Positions 36,707 to 48,479 are shown, counted from the first letter of the whole stretch. The stretch: DNA of 62,712 nucleotides, filler included, from Klebsormidium nitens (GCA_000708835.1; 4 parts of 4 records of this genome joined end to end with filler, not necessarily neighbours in it), one strand, 5' to 3'. The notes: generated by a model not told the origin, from the letters alone. Made by a program: numbers and translations.

Positions 36707-39700
36707 CTAGACCAAACGAGTTTCGTTGACATAAAACAATCCCTCGTTGTTTGGATCTGGAAGGATGTGCTCAAGCCGCTTGATTGTTTGGAGCCCTATG
36801 ACGTCGTATCGAACCTGCTCGACACCATCGAGCCCCTTCACCATCTCCCATTTCAGCCGGACGCTCTTGGTCCCGTCCTGTGGGCCCGTTCTTTGATACC
36901 ACTTGACGAAAGCGAAGGCGCGCTTCATTCCCCTGTGATCAACACAGGTGAACAGCAAACGAAGCTGTGCATACCATTCAGTTCGCGCCAGCTGCCCTTG
37001 CCGCTCCGGCCCAGCTCCATTCACGACCACGTCGCTAAAAACGGGCCGCTTGTTCTGCCCGAAGCATGGGTTCGCCCGAGCTAACTCCGTCTTCAAACTC
37101 CCGTCAGGCTGCCGTGCTCTCGCAATCGCAAGCGTCTTGTGACGTCTGACCTTCAAAAGCGAATAAGAGGCGGACCCATTCAGCTTCGCAACTTCTCAAT
37201 GCAAGTCCTCGTCCGCCCAGTGACTTTATCACAGCTTGACACTAGGTTCGGCAAGGACGGTCAAAAGCACAACACTTTAAGCAGGATAGATCAAAGCGAG
37301 GTTCAAAGATTGAAGACCGAGCAACATGCCGTGGTCCAGATTAACACAGCCAGCAAACGTGTTGGCTCCGATTTTCAAAAGCTTCCAACCTGTACCCTCG
37401 CACACTTCAGATCGCCGGAGTGATTTGTGCGTCACGGCCGGCAGCCACAGCGTCGAGAGATAGTCGCATCAATTGGTCACTAATCTCCTCACCTTGGCGT
37501 CTTGGACAGTGGGAAGGTTTGCGAGCAAAGCTTGATTGCCTCGGGGGTTTCCTCCGAGATGCGCGCGAAGTACGCGCTCGAGATGGACGAGCTCGGGCTG
37601 TTCGAGAAGGACCGGATCTCGATTGCCGTCCCGCAGGGACTGACTGGACAGGCGGAAGAGTCGAAGAGGGCGACTTTTCACGCTCAGGAGGTTGGTCCGT
37701 TGGGCCCTCGCCTGCATCCACAAGCGAAACCCCTATTCACAAGGGTCCTTGATAGCGTTGCAAAGCATGCACGACAGCCGAACTCTGGTTGGGCAGGCAG
37801 ACACAATTGATACGAGGGCCACGAAACATCACCAGGCAAGTACGCAGCCATCGAAACGACAAGATATTATCTGAAGTGGCAAGCTTAAAAAGCAAGGCGG
37901 AATGATCGACGATATTGTAAAACAGCCCCCTGATTGAGCGCTTAAAGAACTTCAGTAGATTACCATTGAAAAGTGCTCCTAAGCCGGAACTTGACGAGAA
38001 GAAACGAGAAGAGACTGATGCACAGAACAAAAGCAAAAGCAGATGACTCGAGAAGAGGGCAGCACTCGCAACGGATCCTCGATGCACAGCAACAAGAGTA
38101 CGGAAAATATCTTACCCGTTTCCGGAGAGCTGTCTCCTTTCGAGTTGGGATGAACTCGTCTTTCCCCGCTTTTAGAAGGCGAAGTCGGTCAGTCACGTGT
38201 TTGACCATTTGCATCTGCATCTGGTTTTTGTTAGAAGCCCTGAACGGATTTTTCGCCGTACGCTTATGACTTGACTCGTAGTTGTCAGCAGAGTACTCCC
38301 CAGAAAGACCCTTCAGACTGACAGACTCAGTAGAATGCGCATTCGTGTGTACCTTCACGGTGCCCCAACCCGAAGCCTGGTAAGGCAGTATCCTCTTCAT
38401 CTTAGCTAGGACCCTATCCCAATCAGCGTCTACCTTGGCCAAGGACTCGTCAGTGTGACCGCTCGTTTTGTGCCTGACCGCGAAGTCAAGGTACACATCA
38501 GCAAAATCTCGAAAGAGCGGGGTTATCTCGTCACGGCCATTGGGCAGCGTGAAGACGCCCACGACGGCGTACACGGCCACCTGCGAAGATACAAGGTCAA
38601 TTTTTTACATAGGTTGAGAGCGCAAGGTTCAGGTATGGCGAAAATGGAAGAGAAATCAAATCGGACACCAAAGATACTCGTTACGTTCCTCCGTTCATCA
38701 AAGCATACATGCCCGTGACTACAAGGCCCAGCTTTCCGGTCGTTTCAAGTCGCTCGAGAACAGATCAAACTAGTCAGCTTCACTTTGCATCACACCCACC
38801 CAGAGTCCAGAGGAGGCTTGTGAAAACAGCAAATCGGGTCACCGGTCAAAGTGAACGAAGAAATCGTTGAAATCTTGAAGAACGATAAGGGCGCTGGCTG
38901 AATGGGACAACTTCGTTACCAACAAAGAGCAGAAAGCATGGGCAACGCAGCCAGGGATTTCTTTCATGAATCACCAGCCCAAAGACGGAGCAACTTCCAG
39001 AAGCAATGTTCAATGATCGACAAGACGCACAAAGCAAGAATCATTGTTACCCACCGACAGACTGTGGCGATGCTCGAAGGCTGTCACGAAAGACGAACCG
39101 CCCAGGAAGTCGATGTTGGGTAGCCGGAGACCGGGGTGTGTGTTTCGGAAAGAGAGGAAGCGCTTGTTCGCTAAAGCCAGGCGCTTGTTCCCCTTCTTGG
39201 CTCCAAACTTGTCTTTGGCGTAGTTGCCCACGAGCTCAAAGAGCATGGGTATAACCCCGTGGTCGAGCTGCGAAAATAGAGCATGGCAGTGCTCTTCACC
39301 AGTTTTGTCGAAACTCGAATCCATTTCGGAGAGGACAAGAAGACAACATTCGTCTTGCCAAAGGGAGTCAAAGAATCAGCAAAAAGGCTCGATTGAGATG
39401 TTAGTTAAAGCAGTGAATCATATGCGCGACTGAAGATAAGAAACCAAGCGGAACCATTACTAAAGATGCGATCTTCACAAGACATACCTGGTGCATGATC
39501 TCTGGTAGTATGGAACGGTAGACGTTCCCGGACTCCGTGTTGCCGCCCTTCCAACCCCATAGCGCGTTCTGCGCATGAAAGCTGTGCTCGTATCAAAACA
39601 GGACCAGATTCGACGGCAAAAAGCACGTTGTTAGACTTGCGATCAGTTTGGTACTATGTGATTAGCAGTAAAGATCTGCTCAAGCTCTGTTCATTCCGAA

Positions 39701-42493
39701 ATCAAAAAGCCACTGATTCGACTTCATTCGAATCAGAATATCGAAGCACTGCAGTCAGCCACAACGTGTTGTACCAGACGAGCAGATAAGCGTGATCTGA
39801 ACGACCAAGAAACAGAAAACCTCTTCGATGCTGTGAAGGGGGGTCTACATGAGCCTACTATCATACTCAGACTTTCAAAGGTGCAAAGGGTAGATAACTT
39901 TTCTTACACTGAGACCTTTCCTTTGGCGTAGATGGGTTCAAAACTTGCACAAGAAACTCCACATACCTGAACTGGGTTCACCGAGAAACCTTTGAGCAGG
40001 GACTCAATGACCGCGTTACACCCGCCCTTCTCGTGGAGCGTCACGACCTGATTGTAAATCTGCTTCATCTTCGTCTCTGTCCGTAGATCAGCACGTCTGC
40101 CTGCAGCTAGATCGTGAAGTTCGGTGGCCAATACAAGACACGTGTGACAAGGGCAGTTAGTCTTGTTGCCGCTCTTTGTACCTGCGGCAACACAGCCTTC
40201 CTGCCAATCTGTCACGACGGCATATATCATGGGCCAGACTGTCGTCTTGACGCCATGCGCATCCTCTACCTCCATGCCCCTGCACAACAGGCAAGTTCAG
40301 CAGATTCGTCAGCAACCTGCTCAACAATCCCCCTTTAAACATGAAAGCTTGAAGTAGATATCCAAAGAAGAGAGACTTGTTGGATGCTCTAGTGACTATG
40401 GCCCAGAAGAAGAATCTTCACGATGCTCAAATTGCCACAATGATCGATTGCCCCCAACCGAGACGTGCTCAGAAATGCACAGACCTAGACAACCAAAGTT
40501 CAAGGGCCAAGCAAGAACCTCACGTCCAGGTGAAGAGCTTCAAGCGTTCAAGAATCCTTCGGTACGACTCATGCCATATCTGGAGCTGCCGCAGACGGAG
40601 CGCCTCCGAGCCGTCTGAGAGCCCCGACTCTGGACGTGGTTCCACGTACGGAATGTAACCCACAAGAACCCAGCCAGAGCTTTTCCCCCTCAGCTCCTTG
40701 GGGATATTGGCCAGGCTTAAAATCACAGGGCGCACTTTCAAACGTCCACTCAAACTCAGCGGAGTCCCATCGCTGTAAAGTATGAGCGCCAGTACTGTGT
40801 CTGACGCCGGGATGAGTTTCTGCAAGAAACAGAAACAACATACGATGTATACTCCACATGTCTTTCACACAGTCAGTTCGAAGAGTCTAACCAGATTCAA
40901 AACCTCAAATAGAGCTCCGCCCCCAGGAATATTGAGAACGTTGCGTTGGAGCTGAAGTTCAACGGGGTATGAAGTGGCACTTTGAACTTGGGTCTAAAAA
41001 CCCCAACACAAGAAGAAGTACGAGCCAAGATCTAGGGACACTACAGAGGAGTCAGATTTTACAAGCAAAAACCGCAGTAGGAGTCATACTGGAACTGGTT
41101 GCTTTGGACAGAAACAAGACATAGCCCAAGGCATAGCCCAAGGCATAGCCCGCGCCTCTTAAGGACTCTGAGTTCGTACCTGCATCTCATTCCACCAGAT
41201 CCCAGAATGGGCCCCTTTGTATCGACGCTTCCCATCTCTATCACGCAGCACCATCGGCTTCAGGATCAACTTTCCAGCATGGAGGGGATCTTTCCACAAG
41301 CCCAAGACCGAGGTGTACGCATCGCAATAATCGAGAAAGAGGTCTTGTCCATCTGTTGAGCTCGCTAGATTGATTCTAGACCAACCTTCCTGCATGGCAG
41401 TACATATAACCGCGAGTTAGCTACCACATCCTTGTGTACTAGAGCCTGGCAGCTCGACAAGCCCATAGAAAGAATGATGCAGCGAGAAGTCATGCTCATC
41501 ACTCAAAGTAGCCTATGCAATAGATCAGATTGATGATTGCTTGCATCCTGTGCTAGACAATTGAAGTGCCCACACCAGCAAAACGTTTGAGTTCTGAATC
41601 TAGCAAAGACGATAAGGCCAAGGCCAACATTAAACTGGTAGCCAGTGACACGGGCTTCAAGTATTGACACAGGTTTGAGTCAACAGAGACTTCGTCGCCA
41701 AAAACACTGGGCCTTCCTCTGCCATGACGCGCTGACAAAGGATGTCGGCCAAGCTTGCACAGATCTGGAGTGCGGTTGGGGGCCTTACTGATTGTGGGAG
41801 CTGGTCAATATACCGCTGCACATCCTTGTCATTCTTCAAACCAGGAACCTCAGCAAAGCTGAGCAACCAATTCTGGTCCTTCCGAGAGAGCCCTTTGCCC
41901 CCATTGCAGTTTTTGATAAACGCTGCAAACTCTTGCCTCTTCTCCTCATCAGGATCTTCAGAAGCAACGGTGTTTGAACCGTCGTTGCAAGGGGTCTCTT
42001 CAAACCGCGCGCCTATTTGCTGACCAACGGCAGATGTCCTGGGCTCTGGGCTAATCAGGTGGTGGTAGGAAGTATCAGCTTCTTGGGAGCCTGTGCCAGT
42101 TTCAGCTACATTTTCAGTGACATTTTGGGGTTCAGGAGGAGTAAGGGGATCAGCGATCGGCGACAGAGGGTTTTCATGGAAAGGCTGAGCTTGGAACGCA
42201 TTAAACTGTCGGAGTGGCGATGATGGCCCTTGAGAACAAGTTGAGGAAACAGGTGCAGCACTAGATGCAGCCTGAGGAGTGCAACCGCCTTGCCTCCGCT
42301 GGTGGTTGGTCAGTTGCTGATAGGAGACAAACTTTCTTGTACACCTACGGCACACAATTCTGGCACCCACGGGACTGGAAGGCCCGTTATTGCTCCGTGA
42401 TGCTGCTCGTCTTGTGGGAGAGAGATGGGGAAAAAGAGTATCAATGAAGTGATTGACCATCGAAACTGCTGCCAAGCTGAACAAAGCTGCCAA
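36707..42493 (-). CDS. Plavaka-type (CACTA/EnSpm-related) transposase, about 9 exons, N-terminal C2H2 finger
   Basis: Exon peptides: CRRCTRKFVSYQQLTNH; DLFLDYCD...LILKP...GKRRYKGAHSGIWWNEMQ; VLALILYSDGTPLSLSGRLKVRPVILSLANIPKELR...WHESYRRIL; VVTDWQEG...CPCHTC; NALWGW...LPEIMHQ|LDHG (exon 39568-39488); KVHTNAH...NYESSHKRTAKNPFRASNK; C-terminal WYAQLRLLF...AFVKWY...YDVI..IKR. These match the recalled Plavaka (PF18759) consensus. No premature stop was seen in the reconstructed exons. Confidence 0.85.
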
Positions 42494-42894
42494 CAGTGAG
42501 TCAAGGCTGCAAGACGCCGGGCCAGGCTTCGGATGACCTGGAATCTACCAAAGTTGGCACTGGTGACGGCCACCTTTTGCCACCAACTTGCTTCAGATGC
42601 TAGTTCCCCTTTGAGACTTGGACCGGGACAGCCATGACCATGCACACAGATCTCCCTAGCTCTCAGCTGCCTGTGGCACAAGCATGCGCAGCAACTACTG
42701 AATTGAAGCACTGGCACCAGTCTTAGCTCAGCTGCCAAGCCTTGTGGCAAGCACTGGCAGCCCGGCCGCCCGGCGGCCGCGCTAATTGTGCCATGCCATG
42801 ATGATCGGATGCCATGATGCAGGAAATACCACGATGTCACGGTTTGGAACGTCGATAAGCTAACCTAGATACTTTCAAGATATTTTTCAGCCGT

Positions 42895-43063
42895 CGATTC
42901 TGTTTCCGTGTTAATTCAACATCTCAATTGCCGGTTGAATAAGCTTCAGTCCTGAATCAACAATCAATCTGCTTGTTGAAAATTTGTCCACGTTGAATCG
43001 ACACTGACTTTTCTGTTGAAATTATTTTACGTTGATTTTTTGTTGATTAAACAGACTTTCGAC
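42895..43063. repeat. Right TIR and subterminal GTTGA/TCAAC repeats
   Basis: At least 8 GTTGA/TCAAC motifs in ~165 bp, mirroring the left end. Confidence 0.75.
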
Positions 43064-43163
43064 NNNNNNNNNNNNNNNNNNNNNNNNNNNNNNNNNNNNN
43101 NNNNNNNTTAATTAATTAANNNNNNNNNNNNNNNNNNNNNNNNNNNNNNNNNNNNNNNNNNNN
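43064..43163. other. Artificial scaffold-joining linker
   Basis: N44-TTAATTAATTAA-N44. Confidence 0.98.
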
Positions 43164-43589
43164 AGCCCAATTGCTCAATTACCCTCATTATTCAACGATT
43201 TGCGGTGTGTACAGAGCTTCAAGAGCTCTGGGTGTACAAGAAAGTGGGCCTGGGGGGGTCAGGTTGTGTGTAATTATTGCAATCTGGCTAACTGAGCAAT
43301 TCGTACTCTTCAGTTACCCGAGTTACTCAAATTACCCTAATTGCTCAAGATTTCCGGGTAGGTGTGGATCTCCATACGCTATGACAGTGGAAGGGGCTCA
43401 CCCTAAGGACTCAGATTACTGCAATTGACTAATTGAAGCAATCCACCCTTGTTCTCTATGTATGCACACTGTTATGTCTGTACAGCACGTCTGACATCCG
43501 CAAACTGCGCACAGCCCGGTACTCTTGGCCACTATCCATTGCACTTGGCCATTTGCATCAAGATACAAAAGCCTCTCAAGCACCTACAT

Positions 43590-43770
43590 TTAAACCCTAA
43601 CACGAAAGAATGACACGCTCCGCACCCTTACCCACCCTAACCACCAAAGTAACCCCAACCATCCCTAATAGCCCCGTTCTTAGAAGCCTGGGGCCCCCAA
43701 CACAGAAAACCCTAATACAAAAAGTGACACGCTCCACACCCGTACCCACCCTAACCACCAAACTAACCCC
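43590..43770. repeat. Imperfect 114-bp tandem duplication with ACCCTAA motifs
   Basis: TGACACGCTCC.CACCC.TACCCACCCTAACCACCAAA.TAACCCC at 43611 and 43725, with AAACCCTAA before each unit. Confidence 0.75.
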
Positions 43771-43943
43771 ATCTGTCCTTCGAGTGCGTACTGCATACCT
43801 TAATGTACCAGCACCGGCTGCTTTTGACCTAGGATACTCTTCAAACCCCCTCCCGTCCCTTTGATAGCGTCCTAGACGTCATGATCGTAGTTAGCGTTAC
43901 GCGTTACTTTTCCGTTTTCCACCAGAATCCACCAGGGGTCGTT

Positions 43944-44987
43944 TTAGCGTCCCCCTACAACGGCCAGGGTCCGAGTCTCACCTGGTGATGACGAACCTGG
44001 TAACCCCGGCTGCACGCGCGGGTCCCCTCCAGTCGTGACAGCAGGGCTCCGTAGTGGGGCCGCCTTGGGTGTTTTGAACCCAGGTGGCGTCACTGGAGTC
44101 TGTGTTGGGGCCGGGATTGTCGCTGCTGCTGGCCTAGGCACGCGTGGTGGCTGGGGCGCAACCACGACTCTTGGAATGGCGGCTGCAAGCAGTCCGCCCG
44201 CTCGAATAAAGGCACGTCCCTGCTTGAACGCTTGCGCCAGATTGGCCAGAGTTGACTTCGCCAAGTCGTCTCGGCCCCGCGCTGGTTCCACTGCCCTCTT
44301 CTCCTGTTCTGCTACCAAGCGCCGTGCGCTGGCCAGTGCGGCATCTGCAAGGCGCACAAAGATATCGCGCATGGTCAAGAAACCGGCCATCTCACAGTTG
44401 CGCAGGGCCCAGGCCAAGTATTTCCACAGACATGACTGCGGCCACCTGTCGGCCTGGTCCAAAATCACCTGGAGATTGACCAATCCGTGACCCAGATAAC
44501 GCAACTCAGTGCCAATTCCGTTTACGTTCCCCCTGACAAGATACTCAGACCGCCATTGCAACCACCACCAAAGTTCGGCAAGCAGCATGCACGCCGTACT
44601 GGTTGGGCCGCTTAGTGTCTTTGTCGCGTCAATCAGGCCGTGGGCAAGCTCCAACACATACTGCATCAAAGCCAACCCGTGCTCAACCTCAAGTGATGTG
44701 TGCTCAGCAGTTCCAACAACCTCAGCTGGCGCTAGGTTCAGGGGCAAGAGAGGAAGTTCATTGAGCTCTTTTAACAGGAACAACCGCCGTGACCCCAGAG
44801 CTTTGTACTGGCCAGGCGTCAGCAAGTCACCCGTTCTCAAAAAGACTCCATGTCTCAATGCTGGGATCAAGCAGTGCGCTACGGATTGCGCGCGCCTGTT
44901 TGTCCTGAGCACTATCTGTGCAACTCGGTTCCAACTCTCCCCAAGTGGGGTAATTCTCACGGCCTTGGCGCGCACGGTTGCAGGCAA
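43944..44987 (-). CDS. Intronless 347-aa orphan ORF, probably the distal part of the older gag-bearing element
   Basis: Long open frame with a helical core (LAELWWWLQW...CLWKYLAWAL) and a Pro-rich tail. It lies downstream of, and on the same strand as, the gag frame interrupted at 45187/54985. Confidence 0.55.
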   Translation of the reverse strand: MPATVRAKAVRITPLGESWNRVAQIVLRTNRRAQSVAHCLIPALRHGVFLRTGDLLTPGQYKALGSRRLFLLKELNELPLLPLNLAPAEVVGTAEHTSLEVEHGLALMQYVLELAHGLIDATKTLSGPTSTACMLLAELWWWLQWRSEYLVRGNVNGIGTELRYLGHGLVNLQVILDQADRWPQSCLWKYLAWALRNCEMAGFLTMRDIFVRLADAALASARRLVAEQEKRAVEPARGRDDLAKSTLANLAQAFKQGRAFIRAGGLLAAAIPRVVVAPQPPRVPRPAAATIPAPTQTPVTPPGFKTPKAAPLRSPAVTTGGDPRVQPGLPGSSSPGETRTLAVVGGR

Positions 44988-45637
44988 GCCTTAGGGGCAA
45001 TATCCTTGTATTCCCCCAACAACTCACCTCCCTCAATCACGATCGGCGGCTCTGCAAACGGATCCACCGTTCCAGGCCAGCCTCGATGTGGGCCCCAGTT
45101 CCATGTCAGTCGCCACGCCTTTCTCCAACTCTGCATGAGCTGATGGACCGGTTAGTGACGTGTCGGGCACTTTACCAAGGGTGTCTGTGTGATGGATGGC
45201 CAGCTATATGCGAAGTGCTGGCTGACACGATCAGCAACCATGTGCGGAAACCATGGAAGCAGGCGTTCTCAAGAAATGGCGGAGATCATAAAAATTGTCG
45301 TCTTTCTGCCCAAGACAACTTTTGTCCTCTTGTTGGACAAGTCCCTCAGGAGATCTTTTAAGATTCCAGAGTCTTGTTTATGCGTGCGTTCAGTCAATCA
45401 CGAATCGTAGAGAGGCAGACTTGGGCAAAGCCCATGGCTGCGTCTAGTCATCTCCATGGCGTACTTCCAGCGTGGCAAAGAGCATACGTCTGAGTTCAAA
45501 GTAGAGCGTCCTGCGCCATGCCAAGCAATCCTGGTCATGCAAGAGACTTGCTAGTCTAGTAGCTCTACTTATACTGGTGTCGACATATCCAATAATAAGT
45601 GTTATCGAATATTACTTCGACACTTGCCACGTGTCAC

Positions 45638-48201
45638 TGTTAGAAGTCGTTGACTCTCTAGGAGTCAGCCGACAGCTTATCAACGGTCGAGATCGTAGAG
45701 ACTCTGAGTTAGTTAGATCGGACGGTAGATTGCAGCCTAGACTTCGGACCTGTGACTTATACTGGGGCAGACTCAGGACAGTGACTAGACTTGCTTGTGA
45801 CAGGCTGCTTTACTGGATCAAGAAGAAGATAAACATTGTGATATGAATCATTCTGAGAAAAGTGCTTAGAAGAAGAGAGGCGCTTTGGTGTAGGGCGTTC
45901 AGCCCCGGTGAACTCAGAATGTGTGGATGTGGGACTGCGCATGAGAAGCTCGATGGCGTTTTTGGTGCTTGTGTTATGCACATGAGGGGTGAATCACAAT
46001 AGGTTATGGGCCCACGTAACGCAACCCTAATTTCAGAGGAATGAAGGGAAACGTGGAAGAAAGGAGAAGGGAATAAGTCTCCTTTGGTGAGGGCTTGAGC
46101 AAACTCTAAAAGTGTTCTCAATGGCGGGTGTTGACAAACTCTCCTCGGCGGTGCCGAAGTTCAAGGGAGAGAATTGGGGAGTATGGAAAGACAAGATCCA
46201 ATCCCTCTTAGAGTTCAATGGGCTGTTTGTGGCAATTGAAGAGCCTGACACGGAAGAAGGGCGGAAGGCTTCCACAAAAGCAAAGGCATTGATCAAGTGT
46301 CCGTTGAGGATGCATTTCTGAAGCTCATTGCGGGGGAGACCACAGCAGCAGAGGCATGGAAGAATCTGAAGCAGAACTTCAAGAAAACCAGCAATGCAAG
46401 GGTGGTCCAGCTCACGGGGAAGCTGACCAGTATGAAGCTGGGAGAAAAGCAGAGCATTGCCGAGTATTTGGGGGAGTTTCGAGAGATCAAGGTAGATCTG
46501 GAGGCGGCAGGGCAGACCATCTCAGATCTGCAGTTGACGGTGCATTGCCTTGAAGGGGCTGCCTAAGGAGTACGAGACTCTCAGAGAGATCCTAGAGGCG
46601 GGAGACGATGAGATGAGCCTGGACATGGCGCAGCCAAAGCTGATGCAGCGGGAGCAGAGGCTGCAAGGTGAGAGCAAGCCTCCGCCTGCGGAGAGTGCAG
46701 ATGTGGGGCAGGCGTCGGCCTTTGTGGCCAAGCACATGCACTATGGGAGCTCACGAGGGAGCAAGGGCAGCTCACGGGAGCACGGAGGTAGCTCCGAGTC
46801 AGACTCGCGGAGTTGTTACCGGTGTGGCGAGACCGGCCACATAAAGATGAACTGCAAGCACCGCAATGCGGACTGCGAAAATTGCGGCAAGCGGGGACAC
46901 TTAAAGGCAGTGTGCAGGCAGCCGGCAGGGAGAGCCGAACGGGCATACACAGTCAAGGAGGGAGCAGACGTGCGCGGCGTGGCCTTCACAGCGTGGCAGG
47001 GTAGCGCTGGAGCACAGACGGGGGTTTGGCTGGTAGATTCTGGCAGCACGCAGCACATTACGGGTGATCGGAGCAAGTTTGTGAGCTACACGAAGCTCGG
47101 ACAGCCGGAGGTGATTGAGGGGATTGGGGGAGAGCCCCTGACAGCGGTCGAAGTTGGGGTGGTCGAGCTGCAGTGCATGAACCCCAAGCGGAGTGGGCAC
47201 CGTGACGTTGTACGAGGTGAGGCACGTGCCCAAGGCGAGGGCAAACTTCTTTGCTCTGAGACGAGCAGCAGATGCGGGGGCGAGGGTGACCATTGAGGGG
47301 CGGGTCACTCAGTTTGAGCTTGGAGGAGTAGTGTGCATGGAGGCGGAGGAACGGTCTTTGGGAGATTGCAACGGCCGGAGCAAAGCCGGTAGAGGGGGTG
47401 TGGGTCTTTGACGAACCCCCCCGATATTCGATGGACGGAGCGAAGAAGGCCCCGGCGGCGGCGCAAAAGAAGGCGCAAGCGGAAAGCGTGAAGGAAAAAC
47501 GGGAGGAGCTCGTGGAGATTGAGCTCGAGTTTGACGAGGCCGGAGAAGAGGCTCAAGCGGAGAAAGCAAAGAACGGGGCAACGGGGGAGCCGATAGCGAA
47601 GACCCCGGCAAACAAGGCGACGGGAAAGAAGAGGGGAACCGGGGCGGCGGCAACGGAAGCCGTGGAGATCGACGAGATTGACCTCCGGGGGAGCAACTCG
47701 GAGAACGAGAAGACACCGGAGAAGAACGACAAGCGGCGCTATCCGGAAAGAGTCCGGAAGCCGGCGACTTGGCTCGAGGCGGCTAAGGGGACGGGAAGCG
47801 CGGAGAAGGGCTGAAAGCATGTCGGCTAAGGGGGAGTGTTAGAAGTCGTTGACTCACTAGGAGTCAGCCGACAGCTTATCAACGGTTGAGATCGTAGAGA
47901 CTCTGAGTTAGTTAGATCGGACGGTAGATTGCAGCCTAGAGCTCGGACCTGTGACTTATACTGGCGCAGACTCAGGACAGTGACTAGACTTGCTTGGGAC
48001 AGGCTGCTTTGCTGGATCAAGAGGAAGATGAACATTGTGATATGAATCATTTCGAGAAAAGTGCTTAGGAGAAGAGAGGCGCTTCGGTGTAGGGCGTTCA
48101 GCCCCGGTGAACTCAGAACGTGTGGATGTGGTGACTGCGCATGAGAAGCTCGATGGCGTTTTTGGTGCTTGTGTTATGCACATGAGGGGTGAATCACAAC
48201 T
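45638..48201 (+). mobile_element. Non-autonomous Ty1/copia element (Gag-PR only, 2564 bp) nested in the chromovirus LTR
   Basis: LTRs at 45638-46001 and 47837-48201 (~364 bp, about 16 substitutions and 1 indel by eye). TSD GTCAC at 45633-45637 and 48202-48206. PBS GGTTATGGGCCC at 46002-46013; PPT AAGGGGGAG at 47828-47836. Frameshifted gag (VPKFKGENWGVWKDKIQSLL, CYRCGETGHIKMNC) and protease WLVDSGSTQHIT. No integrase core, RT or RNase H. Confidence 0.93.
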
Positions 48202-48479
48202 GTCACAACACGACAGTGGACTTCACTTGCCACATGTCACTAGGTGACAGCGTACTTAACCTCGTGCGTTAAAGCGGTTAGACTTAACCATAGCTCAAAC
48301 GTCACAATGCCCCGTTACCCTTCTTCAGATTGTTTTACTTCCCCTGAGGCCAGGAAACTAAACAGAGCACACGTCACAAAGAGACAACTACTACACTTTC
48401 GACTACAATGGCCAAAAACTACTACTCCTACACAAAGAGACAACCACTCTTTATGTTGCCGTGGGGAGCACAAATATCT

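Larger units (their letters stand above)
26721..43063 (-). mobile_element. ~16.3-kb CACTG-terminated Plavaka/CACTA-type DNA transposon with cargo genes; right end clipped by about 4 nt
   Basis: The left end reads CACTG-TCGA-N13-CAACAAAAAATCAAC-N11-TCAAC. The reverse complement of the right end reads G-TCGA-N13-CAACAAAAAATCAAC-N11-TCAAC, with identical spacing (15-mer at 26743-26757 and 43031-43045). TCAAC/GTTGA subterminal repeats occur at both ends, and a Plavaka-like transposase gene lies inside. Confidence 0.8.

Noticed and set aside
26721-43063. TET/JBP dioxygenase, which accompanies some fungal Plavaka/KDZ elements
   Set aside because: No HxD...H 2OG-Fe(II) motif pattern was recognisable in any ORF. 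Only an HMM search of spliced models could exclude it fully.
26721-43063. Giant-virus (NCLDV) or Polinton insertion as an explanation for the kinase and orphan genes
   Set aside because: No polymerase B, capsid, packaging ATPase or integrase was seen, the genes are intron-rich, and the ends are CACTA-like.
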